A DNA stretch of 64,000 nucleotides from Mobula hypostoma (GCF_963921235.1 NC_086097.1:240128001-240192000), one strand, 5' to 3'; positions 37,891 through 49,894 are shown, counted from the stretch's first letter. The notes: generated by a model not told the origin, from the letters alone. Numbers and translations: made by a program.

Positions 37891-39299
37891 TCAGGGAATT
37901 ATAGACCGGTTAGCCTAACGTCGGTGGTGGGGAAACTGCTGGAGTCAGTTATCAAGGATGTGATAACAGCACATTTGGAAAGCGGTGAAATGATCAGACA
38001 AAGTCAGCATGGATTTGTGAAAGGAAAATCATGTCTGACGAATCTCATAGAATTTTTTGAGGATGTAACTAGTAGAGTGGATAGGGGAGAACCAGTGGAT
38101 GTGGTATATTTGGATTTTCAAAAGGCTTTTGACAAGGTCCCACACAGGAGATTAGTGTGCAAACTTAAAGCACACGGTATTGGGGGTAAGGTATTGATGC
38201 GGATAGAGAATTGGTTAGCAGGCAGGAAGCAAAGAGTGGGAATAAACGGGACCTTTTCAGAATGGCAGGCGGTGACTAGTGGGGTACCGCAAGGCTCAGT
38301 GCTGGGACCCCAGTTGTTTACAATATATATTAATGACTTGGATGAGGGAATTAAATGCAGCATCTCCAAGTTTGCGGATGACACGAAGCTGGGTGGCAGT
38401 GTTAGCAGTGAGGAGGATGCTAAGAGGATGCAGGGTGACTTGGATAGGTTGGGTGAGTGGGCAAACTCATGGCAGATGCAATTTAATGTGGATAAATGTG
38501 AAGTTATCCACTTTGGTGGCAAAAATAGGAAAACAGATTATTATCTGGATGGTGGCCGATTAGGAAAAGGGGAGGTGCAACGAGACCTGGGTGTCATTAT
38601 ACACCAGTCATTGAAAGTGGGCATGCAGGTACAGCAGGCGGTGAAAAAGGCAAATGGTATGCTGGCATTTATAGCGAGAGGATTCGAGTACAGGAGCAGG
38701 GAGGTACTACTGCAGTTGTACAAGGCCTTGGTAAGACCACACCTGGAGTATTGTGTGCAGTTTTGGTCCCCTAATCTGAGGAAAGACATCTTTGCCATAG
38801 AGGGAGTACAAAGAAGGTTCACCAGATTGATTCCTGGGATGGCAGGACTTTCATATGAAGAAAGACTGGATGAACTGGGCTTGTACTCGTTGGAATTTAG
38901 AAGATTGAGGGGGGATCTGATTGAAACGTATAAGATCCTAAAGGGATTGGACAGGCTAGATGCAGGAAGATTGTTCCCGATGTTGGGGAAGTCCAGAACG
39001 AGGGGTCACAGTTTGAGGATAGAGGGGAAGCCTTTTAGGACCGAGATTAGGAAAAACTTCTTCACACAGAGAGTGGTGAATCTGTGGAATTCTCTGCCAC
39101 AGGAAACTGTTGAGGCCAGTTTATTGGCTATGTTTAAGAGGGAGTTAGATATGGCCCTTGTGGCTACAGGGGTCAGGGGGTATGGAGGGAAGGCTGGGGC
39201 GGGGTTCTGACTTGGATGATCAGCCATGATCATAATAAATGGCGGTGCAGGCTCGAAGGGCCGAATGGCCTACTCCTGCACCTATTTTCTATGTTTCTA
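37891..39299 (+). mobile_element. Young 5'-truncated CR1 LINE with intact RT domain
   Basis: ORF open from SGNYRPVSLTS through FADD to stop at 39210; (TTTCTATG)n tail. Confidence 0.97.
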
Positions 39300-39653
39300 T
39301 ACCAGACAGTGACGCAACCAATCAGGATGCTCTCAATTGTGCCCCTGTAGAAAGTCGTTAGGATGTGGGAACTCATGCCAAACTTCTTCAACCGTCTGAG
39401 GTGAAAGAGGCACTGTTGTGCTTTTTTCACCACACAGCCAGTATGTACAGACTATATGAGATCCTCAGTGATGTGTATGTCAAGAAACTTAAAGCTGTTC
39501 ACCCTCTCAACCCGAGATCCATTGATGTCAATAGGCATTAGCCTGCCTCCATTCCTCCTGTAGTCCACAACCAGCTCCTTTGTTTTTGCAACATTGAGGA
39601 AGAGGTTGTTTTCTGGACACCACTGTGTCAGGGTGATGACTTCTTCTCTATAG

Positions 39654-39762
39654 TTAGTCCGTTAGTCCTGACGAAGGGTCTCGGCCTGAAACGTCGACTG
39701 CACCTCTTCCTATAGATGCTGCTTGGCCTGCTGCGTTCACCAGCAACTTTGATGTATGTTGC
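39654..39762 (+). mobile_element. 109-bp Penelope-derived insertion with 12-bp TSD
   Basis: TCTTCTCTATAG at 39642-39653 and 39763-39774; body matches 50429-50530. Confidence 0.85.
39664..39699 (+). ncRNA. Minimal type I hammerhead ribozyme motif
   Basis: AGTC-CTGACGA-AGGGTCTCGGCCT-GAA-ACGT-C-GACT: stem I AGTC/GACT, stem II, palindromic ACGT in place of stem III. Confidence 0.7.
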
Positions 39763-39882
39763 TCTTCTCTATAGGCTGACTCTATTATTTGAGATTAGGC
39801 CAATTGATGTAGTATCATCAGCAAGTTTAATTAGTAAATTGGAGCTGTGGGTAGCGATATAGTCATGGGTATACAGAGAATA

Positions 39883-40449
39883 TGGGGTGTATGGGGTGTC
39901 AGGGAGGGGTAGCACCTCTGGTGGGGTAACATGTCGCGCCCTTTTCAATGTGGTTAGTCCACCTTTGGTCCCCACCTGGCACTCAGCTCTCACCTGTGGC
40001 TCCCCGTAGCTGTTTGCATGCGACAGCGGCCACACCCCGGGCAACGGCTTCGACAAGCCGGCTAAACCAGGTGAGGGTAGCCGACGGGTCTCAAACCCTC
40101 GGTGAGATAGGGAGTTGTCTTTCCCAGCATGTGAAGACAGACTCCGGCGGATTGAGCGGATGAGACCAATGGAAGGTCCAACGGTCAAGAAGGCGGTCTC
40201 TGCAAGCGTCGTGGAACGTGTAGAGCAGGACAAGACACAGAAGACGTTCTGGTCATCCACTGCGTCTAGTCCCATCTCCAGCCGTCTAGACTCTGTCTTG
40301 CCACTGGATCCAGATGGGAATTGGGAAGAGAGAGTGAGGCTGACGCTGCGCAACTCTCCCTCACTTAAATCTAAATCACGCGCTAGTCTCGACGCCATCA
40401 TTATGGTGTCGAGATCCTCATCGACGCCAACGATGGACGAACAACAACA
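39883..40449 (+). mobile_element. Non-autonomous RTE-type mini-element, full length
   Basis: TSD ACAGAGAATA at 39873-39882 and 40450-40459; (ACA)n tail; CpG-rich; structured 5' end. Confidence 0.8.
39893..40075 (+). ncRNA. HDV-like self-cleaving ribozyme candidate
   Basis: P1 GGGGTGT/ACACCCC, P2 CTCACCTG/CAGGTGAG, P3 GGC/GCC, P1.1 CC/GG, P4 CGGCTT/AAGCCG, J4/2 GCTAA, all in HDV order. Confidence 0.65.
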
Positions 40450-41492
40450 ACAGAGAATAAAGGAGCAGGCTTAGGACACAGCCCTGAGGGGCACCTGTGT
40501 TGAGGGTCAGAGGTGAAGGAGCCCACTCTTACCACCTGCCAGCAATCTGACAGGAAGTTCAGGAAGGCTGGGTGAAGGCTGAGGTCTCTGAGCTTCTTCT
40601 CATGCCTGGAGGGAATTATGGTGTTGAATGCTGAACAAGAACAACATTCTCATATAACCATCCTTCTTTTCCAGATGTTTAAGGACAGTGTGTAGAGCTG
40701 TGGCTATTGCATCATCTGTCAATCTGTTGTGCTGGTAGGCAAATTGTGTGGGTGGTATCATGCTGCAGATGTAGTCCCTGACCAGCCTCTCAAAGCATTT
40801 GCTTATTATTGAGATGAGTGCAACAGGACTCATCTCAATTAACTGCTGGGAATGAACAAGAAATTAAACAGTTACTTACCTGTTCCTCCTCACCACAGCC
40901 TCAGCTCCCCACTCTTACGATGGCTACTCCAAAGTGGCAACTCTGCTTGATCTGATCATCTTTTTATTGATGATGATAATTATCTAATTAGCAAATCAAT
41001 GAGACTTGCCTCTTTTAAATTCTCCTGTTCTTGCTTCAACTCCTAATGGTGCTATTATTTTAGCCTTGGAAAAGGTTGAAGATGTACACCCTAATTATGT
41101 AGTTCTGTCCACTGATCCATTTTGACATCTATTGAAACAGGTACTTCAAACTGTAGGTCAGGGATTCTACTTGAGATTGGACAACATCGATAGAGTCTGG
41201 GCTTGTGTATCCATTTCTTATGGGTCCTGGCCCATGTCAGGGTTGAAGGAAATGAGTTGGCAGACATTCTCCCCATGCAATCACTTAAAATTAAGGATGT
41301 AAATATAGGGGTGCTTTGCATGAAGGGGAGGTGAAAGCCATAATTAAAAAGTCTATTCAATCACTGTGGCAATAAAGTTGAGATAAGGAAAAGAAAGGAC
41401 AGCATTCATATAAAACTCAGAGGATGGTGGGAACTCATCTGGGAGATAGGTATAAAAGGACAGAAGTAATTATACTTCCATGTTTACATATT

Positions 41493-42009
41493 AAGCCTGA
41501 TTTATACTTCTGTGTCAACTCAATGCCGTAAGTACTGGGTCGCCGCAAACCCTACACAGAGCCAACGCGGATCCCTACGCCAGAGCCTGACGCGCACCTC
41601 TCCCAAAATGTAACTACGCGTCACGGCAATGCAGAATGCAACAGCTGTGACTGGTCCACTTGGGAGCATCGCATTTCCTCTTACGCTGTAATAGCTTCCC
41701 ATTGGGTGACTGAAGGGCAGGGAAGGAACTCTGGCTGCAATGCTTTCCATAAAGCTTTACAGACCTCCGAAATTATGGAGGGGACATTTCGCTTTTATGA
41801 AAAAAGACGCTGGCTTTAAACTTGTTTACCCCGAGAAAGACTACCATGACCATGAAGCCTTACGCGGGCAGGTGTGCGCGCATGCGCGATGTGCCCGAAT
41901 TGCAGAGCGATGCAGACACACCAATGCACAAGTAGAAATGCTCACAACGCACGTGGGCCACTTGCATAGGTTACGGCGTCCATTTGACGCAGAAGTATAA
42001 ATCAGGCCT
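41493..42009. mobile_element. PIF/Harbinger-type MITE
   Basis: TIRs GCCTGATTTATACTTCTG.GTCAA / TTGACGCAGAAGTATAAATCAGGC; left portion shared with 55502-55942. Confidence 0.8.
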
Positions 42010-42301
42010 TAGATATACAAAGGTTGAATAATCCCTTATTCAGAATTAATATGCATGATATGGGCATTTGTCGAGAGTCTTGTCAAGAAACGGCACAGCA
42101 TACATTGCATGAACACAGTTCCTACGAGGTGGAAAGCAAACATCTAATTGCTAAATTGAGATCTTTGGGACAGACACAGTTTAACATGGAAAGCTTGTTA
42201 GGGCATCACTGTTATTGTAATGTATATAAGTGTGTATTTCACTTTCTGAAAGAACTGAACTTTTTGATATTAGTTGAGACTATTTTTGGGAGGGTGGAAT
42301 T

Positions 42302-42590
42302 TACTTATTTATTCATTGACATACAGCGTGGAATAGGCCCTTCTGGCCTTTTGAGCCAAACCACCCAGCAATCCCCCAATTTAATCCTAGCCTCATCCGT
42401 CATGGGACAATTTACAATGACCAATGAACCTACCAACTGGTACACTTTTGGTATGTGGGAGGAAACTGGCGCACCCGGGGGGAAACCCACATTGTCACGG
42501 GAGAAAACTTCTTACAGGCAGTGGCGGGAATTGAACTTGAACCTGGCCATTGGTTCTGTAAAGCGTTGTGCTAACCACTATGTTACCGTG
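42302..42590 (-). mobile_element. V-SINE-like SINE
   Basis: Reverse complement of core GGGTTTCC.CCGGGTGC.CCAGTTTCCTCCCACA; tRNA-like head; (AATA)n tail. Confidence 0.7.
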
Positions 42591-43659
42591 CCATGGGTAC
42601 ACTTCCTGTCTCTGTACTCCACACTGCACCTCAGTAGGTGGCAGTAATGCATCTTATGTTAGTCTGCCAGTCGCCATCAAGAAGAAGAAGAACAGATCCT
42701 GACTCCTAGAAAATGAAACTTACAGAGATTGTTACTTGCCTCTTTTAAGCTCTGTATTTCCAATGAGAACAATCCCAGTCTGACCAATCTATCCTTATGA
42801 CAAAAGCCCTTCACTCTAGGCAACATCTTGGTGAATCTCTTCTGCATTCTTTCCGGTGCTACCACATCCTTCACTAAGTGGTGACGATATAATATTCAAA
42901 GGGTGACATAAAAACCGTTTTGAACAACTGCAATGTGATGCTTCAAATCTTACACATAATTACACTGCCCATGAGGGCAAGCATGCTAAACGCTTACTTC
43001 ACTCCCCTAGGCCCCTGAATTGCCATTTTTAATGAACTATAAACTTGCACCCCAGTGTTCCTATGCACATCAACACTTCTAAGATTCATTTTGTTTATAC
43101 TATGCCTGTCCAGTATTCAATAACCTAATAGAGTTCTGAAGTAAATACCTGAAGGAATCATGAGGGCCTGCATTATTCGGATCGGGATCAAGGCCTGATG
43201 GTCAAACCCATAATTGGTGTCCTGGGTGAAGACCAACAATGGAAGTCTGATATCTGTGAGCTCAAGAATCTGGGGACAAGGACTATAGGCCTGGAGGTGG
43301 CCTGTTCTGCGGTTGGAAGCCTCCTGGGTATGTGAATGGATGGGAGGGATGGGAAGGGGGCTTGTTTTGCTGTTGTTATTTTCTTTCCTTTTGTTTTTGT
43401 ATGTGGTATGTGGTGTATGTGGTCTTCTGTGGAATATTGTGGACATGCTACGTTAGTGCTGGAACGTGTGCTGACACTTGCGGGCTGCCTCCATTTGTTA
43501 ACGCAAATGACACAGTTGCCACTATGTTTTGATGTATGTGTGATAAATAAAATGAATCTGAATCTGAAGATACAGTAACCTCAAATTGTAGAACATCAAA
43601 TGTAGAACAGTACAGTACAGGCTGTTCAGACCACAGTGTTACGCCGACCCCTGCTGTGT

Positions 43660-44603
43660 GCCTAGCCTCCTGTTCTACTTTCTTCAGATTTGCAATTGTG
43701 AGGCTAAGCACAGCTACAATACCATATACAAATTTGCTGTTGTTGGCCCTATCAAATGTGGTGATGAATCAGCATATAGGAGGGAGGTTGGAAATCTGGC
43801 TGAATGGTGCCACACCAATGAGCTCTCATTCAATTATAGCAAGACCAAGAAGCTGATTATCGACTTCAGGAGGAGGAAACCAGACATCTTCATCAAGGGA
43901 TCACAGAAGCAGAGGATCAGCAACTTTAAATTCCTCAGTGTTATCATTTCAGAGGATCTGGCCAGTATGTCAGTGCCATTACGTACGAAGAAAGTACAGC
44001 AGCCCCTCTCTTTTCTTGCATCACAGAAACACCAACACACTTGAATGGAAAATCCTACAAAAAGTAATGAATACGGCCCAGTCCATCAGGGGTAAAGCCA
44101 TCCCCACTACTGAGCACATCTACATAAACATTGTTGCAGGAAAGCAACATCCATCAGCAAGGGTTCCCCACCATCCAAGTCATTCTCTCCACTCATTCAT
44201 CAGAAAGAAGGTACAGGAGCTTCTAGACCCACACCACCAGGTTCAGGAACAGTTATTATCCCTCAAGCATCAGGTTCTTGAACCAGAGAGGATAACTTCA
44301 CTCAACTTCACGCGTCTCATCATTGCATTATTCCCACAACCTACTTTCAAAGGCTCATCAAATCATGTTCTCAATATTTATTGTCTTTTTATTTATTATT
44401 ATTTTCTCTCCTTTCGTACTTGCACAGTTAGTTTTCATGTGCACATCGGTTGTTTATCTGTCCTGTTGAGTGCAGTCTTTCATTGATTTTATTATGATTC
44501 TTGTATTTATTGTTAATGTCCACAAGATAAATGAATATCAGAGTTGTATATAGTGACATATATGTACTTTGATAATAAATTGACTTTGAGCTTTTTGAAC
44601 TTT
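43660..44603 (+). mobile_element. Rex1/Babar 3' fragment
   Basis: DESAYRREV..L.EWC...SKTKKLIIDFRR. Confidence 0.8.
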
Positions 44604-45057
44604 CACCTTTGACATTTTAATCTGCTGTAAGGTCAATCTAACCCTTCCCATCTACATAGCTGTCTATTTTTTCTATCATCCGTGCCCCGTCGCAGAGTCT
44701 CTTAACTGTCCCTAGTGTATCAACCTCAATCGCCATCTCCTGCAGAGCACTCCATGTACCTACCATTCTCTAGGTAAGGAACTTACCTCTGATATTCCTC
44801 AGTCACCTTAAAGTTATGACACCTTTTATTATATATTTCCACCCTGGGAAAATGCCTCTGGCTGTCCACTTGAGCTATGCCTCTTATCATCTTGTACATC
44901 ACCACTAAGTCATCTCTCATCCTCCTTTGCTCTGAAGAGAAAAATCCCATCTTGCTTAGCCTGTCCTCAAAAGTCATGCTCTCCAGTCCAGGCAAAATCT
45001 TACTAAACCTCCTCTCCACCCTCTCTAGAACTTCCATATCCTTCCTATAATGAGGTA

Positions 45058-45898
45058 ATGTTATGATGAGGTTGTATAAGGCATTGGTGAGGCCAAATCT
45101 GGAGTATTGTGTTCAGTTTTGGTCACCAAATTACAGGAAGGATATAAATAAGGTTGAAAGAGTGCAGAGAAGGTTTACAAGGATGTTGCCGGGACATGAG
45201 AAACTCAGTTACAGAGAAAGGTTGAATAGGTTAGGACTTTATTCCCTGGAGCGTAGAAGAATGAGGGGAGATTTGATAGAGGTATATAAAATTATGATGG
45301 GTATAGATAAAGTGAATGCAAGCAGGCTTTTTCCACTGAGGCAAGGGGAGAGAAAAACCAAAGGACATGGGTTAAGGATGAGGGGGGAAAAGTTTAAAGG
45401 GAACATTGGGGGGGGGGGCTTCTGTGGTAAACCATATATATATGTTGCAACTGGGTTAACTTTCTGGACATGCCCCTCTGTTGACTGCCCCTGTGGCTCC
45501 TCCCACAGATTCCTAAATAAAGGTGTTCGCCTTGCCCCTCCCCCTCAGTCCGGGGCAGACACTCACCGTGGAGGTCGTGGAGGTCGTATTGTACAGCGAA
45601 TAAAAGCCTTTCAGTATTTTACCAAACCTCAGTCTTTTGGAGTTATTGAAAGTGCTTCAGCTTCTTCACACACAGAGTGGTGGGAGTATGGAATGAGCTG
45701 CCAGACGAGGTGGTAAATGCGGGTTCTTTTTTAACATTTAAGAATAAATTGGACAGATACATGGATGGGAGGTGAATGGAGGGATATGGTCCGTGTGCAG
45801 ATCAGTGGGACTAGGCAGGAAATGGTTCGGCACAGCCAAGAAGAGCCAAAAGGCCTGTTTCTGTGCTGTAGTTTTTCTATGGTTTCTATGGTTTCTAA
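45058..45898 (+). mobile_element. Young CR1 3' fragment interrupted by solo LTR
   Basis: LYKALVRPNLEYCVQFW...; halves rejoin at GCTTC; (GTTTCTATG)n tail. Confidence 0.92.
45423..45659 (+). mobile_element. Solo LTR (237 bp) with 5-bp TSD GCTTC
   Basis: TGT...TCA; GCTTC at 45418-45422 and 45660-45664; matches 154-390. Confidence 0.95.
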
Positions 45899-46350
45899 CT
45901 TTAGGTTGTTATAGCTGGGAGTGGTAGTTGGGATAAGCTCCCACTTCCTATTAAATGCTCCCAATGATGTGCGCCTCAAATAACCTCTCACTAACAAGTC
46001 CCAGCTCCTGGCCACGTGGCTCAGCTACCAAGATGGGGATCGTCAATCCTGGTCAGCAGCTCTTCTGGGAGAAGGAAAGCTCTGATCACAAACTTCCTCT
46101 GCCTTGCACCTATACCCAGACATGGGCTAGGCTTCAGGAGTAAACACCAAGGGAAAATCTGGAGTTGGATTGCCTACGGCAGTCCTTTGTTGACTGACAA
46201 CTCCTGCATTCTGCCATTCCTTTGGGTTCATTAGATACATGGAGAAGGGGAGCTTGCTACATGGGCAACAGCTTGCTCTCCATATTGTACTGCCCAGGCT
46301 CATGTATCTTGATAACTAGGACACAACATCCATGGGCGACCCTGATCGAC
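45899..46350 (+). mobile_element. Non-autonomous RTE-like element (copy 2, internally deleted)
   Basis: Colinear with 29915-30490. Confidence 0.55.
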
Positions 46351-46394
46351 GGAGGCTTCACCATAAGGTAACCAGAACTGAACACAATATTCCA

Positions 46395-48212
46395 TAAGAG
46401 CATAAGATAAAGGAGCAGAAGTCGGCCATTCGGCCCATTGAGTCTGCTCTGCCATTTTATCATGAGCTGATCCATTCTCCCATTTAGTTCCACTTCCCCG
46501 CCTTCTCACCATAACCTTTGATGCCCTGGCTACTCAGATACCTATCAATCTCTGCCTTAAAAACACCCAATGACTTGGCCTCCACTACCACCTGTGGCAA
46601 CAAATTCCATAGATTCACCACCCTCTGGCTAAAAAAAATTCTTTGCATCTCTGTTCCCAATGGGCGCCCTTCAATCCTTAAGTCATGCCCTCTCGTACTA
46701 GACTCCCCCATCATGGGAAACAATTTTGCCACATCCACTCTGTCCATGCCTTTCAACATTAGAAATGTTTCTATGAGGTCCCCCCTCATTCTTCTAAACT
46801 CCAAGGAATACAGTCCAAGAGCGGACAAACGTTCCTCATATGTTAACCCTCTCATTCCCGGAATCATTCTAGTGAATCTTCTCTGAACCCTCTCCAATGT
46901 CAGCACATCCTTTCTTAAATAAGGAGCCCAAAACTGCCCACAGTACTCCAAGTGATGTCTTAACAGTGCCTTATAGAGCCTCAACATCACATCCCTGCTC
47001 CTATACTCTATTCCTCTAGAAATGAATGCCAACATTGCATTCACCTTCTTCACCACTGACTCAACCTGGAGGTTAACCTTAAGGATATCCTGTACGAGGA
47101 CTCCCAAATCCCGTTGCATCTCAGAATTTTGAATTCTCTCCCCATTTAAATAATAGTCTGCCTGTTTATTTCTTCTGCCAAAGTGCATAACCATACACTT
47201 TCCAACATTGTATTTCATTTGCCGCTTCTTTGTCCATTCTCCCAATCTATCCAAGTCTCTCTGCAGACTCTCTGTTTCCTCAGCACTACTGGCCCCTCTA
47301 CCTATCTTTGTATCATCAGCAAACTTAGCCACAAAGCCGTCTATTCCATAATCCAAATCATTGATGTACAACGTAAAAAGAAGCGGCCCCAACACGGACC
47401 CCTGTGGAACACCACTGGTAACCGGCTGCCAACCAGAATGGGATCCCTTTATTGCCACTCTCTGTTTCTTGCCAATCAGCCAACGCTCTATCCATGTATG
47501 TATCTTTCCTGTAATTCCATGGGCTCTTATCTTGTTAAGCAGCCTCATGTGTGGCATCTTGTCAAAGGCCTTTGAAAATCCAAATATACAACATCCACTG
47601 CATCTCCCTTGTCTAGCCTACTTGTAATTTCTTCAAAAAATTGTAACAGGTTTGTCAGGCAGGATTTTCCTTTAAGGAAACCACGCTGAGTTCTGCCTAT
47701 CTTGTCATATGCCTCCAGGTACTCTGTAACCTAATCCTTGACAATTGACTCCAACAACTTCCCAACCACCGATGTCAAGCTAACAGGCCTATAATTTCCT
47801 TTTTTGCTTCCTTGCCCCCTCCTTAAATAGCGGAGTGACATTTACAATCTTCCAGTCCTCCGGAACCATGCCGGAATCTATCGACTTTTGAAGATCATCG
47901 CTAATGCCTCCGCAATTTCCACAGCTACTTCCTTCAGAACACGAGGGTGCATTCCATCTGGTCCGGGAGATTTATCTACCTTTAGACTATTCAGCTTCCT
48001 GAGTACTTTCTCTGTCGTAATTGTGACTGCGCACACTTCTGACACCCTTGTGTGTCCAGTATAGTGCTGATGTCTTCCTCAGTGAAGACTGATGAAAAAT
48101 ACTCATTCAGTTCCTCTGCCATCTCCTTATCCTCCATTACAATTTCTCCAGCATCATTTTCTATCGGTCCTATATCTACTTTCGCCTGTCTTTTACTCTT
48201 TATATACTCTTT
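46395..48212 (-). mobile_element. Young 5'-truncated CR1 LINE with 8-bp TSD
   Basis: ORF 46484-47557 (FADD); ATATTCCA at 46387-46394 and 48213-48220. Confidence 0.95.
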
Positions 48213-48811
48213 ATATTCCAAGTGTGTTCTAACTAGGTTTTATAGAGCTGCATCATTATATCATTGTTCTTGAAATCAATCCCCAACACACCACACACCT
48301 TCTTAGCAACCCTAACAACTTGCTTGGCCACTTTGAGGGATCTATGAACAAGGGCCCAAGATCCCTCTGTTCCTCCACACTGTTGAGAATCCTGCCATTT
48401 ATCTGGGATCAAATTCCATCTGCCACCACAGATAAGAAATCCAAGGGGTAACCTGCAGCAAGGAATGGGGTGCAGGGGACAATTATACAACAGGTAGGGT
48501 CGGGGTTATAAACAGAAACAGGCTCTTCAGCCCATCTACTCTGTGTCAAACTATTATACTGCCTAGTCCTATCAACTGGCGACTGGACCACAGCCATTCA
48601 CATCCCTGCCATCCATGTACTCCTCTTAAGTGTTGAAGTTGAGTCCACATCCACCACTTTTGCTGCAGGTCATTCCGCACTCTCACCATCCTCTGAGTGT
48701 GGAACCCTATCTATACCCTCATCATTTTGTATACCTCGATCAAGTCTCCCCTCATTTTCCTGCCCTCCAGTGAATAAGCTCCTAACCTATTCAGCCTACC
48801 TCTATAACTTA

Positions 48812-49003
48812 TGTTATAGCCTCTCGGTTTTTTTGCACTACCTTACTTTCCATTTTTCTATTTTCTATTTATGATTTATAACTTAAATTTTTAATATTTA
48901 CTATCGATTTGTAATCCAGGGAATGGGAAGCGCAGAATCAATTATCGCTGTGGTGATTGTATGTTCTAGTATCAATTGTTTGGCGACAATAAAGTATAAA
49001 GTA
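48812..49003 (+). mobile_element. LINE 3' UTR fragment with (AAAGTAT)n tail; second copy ends at ~61628
   Basis: Near-identical to 61440-61628; both interrupt CR1 fragments. Confidence 0.65.
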
Positions 49004-49894
49004 CGTCCTCAAGTTCAGGCAACATCCTTGTAAATTTTCTCTGTCGTTGATGGAAGTGACACAGTGCCGAACGAGAGCAAGGGAAACAAAGTGCACGGTG
49101 ATGGTGTGGACTGCGAAGGGAGTGCACAATGAACGGGGAAAGTGGTGGAAGGAAAAGAAAGCTTCTTTGTTCTGTTCTGAAGCTGACAGCCTGACTTTGT
49201 AAAGCCTCTTTCTGACCTTGAGATTAACACATATAATTGTCGATGCCTCTGCAAACTCTGCAGCAGGCCACTAATTTCACAGACTGTTTCCTGTGCCCCA
49301 CAGTAAGCAGGCGTAACTGCAGCAGTTAGTTCTCTGCCATCTGTTCTCAAATTTGATCACAATGTCTCAATCCACTGCTTTCTCACCTCTAAAAGCTGTT
49401 TGTGATGCCTACTATCCCACAGCATCCACCCCCCCAGCCCATCTCATGCCCCCGGGCAAATGGAACAGCTCCTGATGGCCCATAATGGGGTCGCTGTTGA
49501 TGGTTTGACAACAAGGAATAGGGCCAGAGAAAGGCCTTGCGTACCTGGAGCATGCTTCACCATTCATTAACATCAATGTTCAGCTGGTACATCCACTCTC
49601 TGTTACCAACCTGTTGTGAAACATTTGATTCACAGACTGTACAAAACTGTTGATCATAAGATATATGAGCAGAGTGGTTGTTGCGTAAACATAACCACTC
49701 TGACCATTGAGCCCATCGAGTCTGCTCTGACGTCTCATCATGGCTGATCCAATTTCCTCTCAGCCCCAATCTCCAGGCTTCTCCTTATATCCCATCAAGC
49801 CCTGACCAATCAGGAATCTATCAACCTCTGCCTTAAATATACATAAAGATCTGGCCTCCTCAGCTGCCTGTGGCAAAGAATTCCACAGATTCAC

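Larger units (their letters stand above)
37520..40830 (-). mobile_element. Rex1/Babar LINE hosting three younger insertions
   Basis: ORF pieces 39230-39433 (KKAQQCLFHLRRLKKFG), 40600-40833 (PVAL..IISKCFERLV, QFAY). Confidence 0.8.
41090..42693 (+). mobile_element. Decayed Nimb/I-group LINE 3' part (RNase H, Cys/His region, (GAA)n tail)
   Basis: FLWVLAHVRVEGNELAD at ~41213-41265; ORF 42024 start (H..GIC...C.ET..H); end CAGTAGGTGGCAGTAATGCA...GAAGAAGAAG. Confidence 0.75.

Noticed and set aside
39769..40474. 210-aa and 119-aa ORFs
   Set aside because: Cross the boundaries of a TSD-flanked non-coding element; low-information GC-rich frames
42024..42647. 207-aa ORF as a host gene
   Set aside because: Chimera of a decayed Nimb C-terminus and an antisense V-SINE
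45063..45716. 217-aa ORF with a novel C-terminus
   Set aside because: CR1 frame reading through the inserted solo LTR
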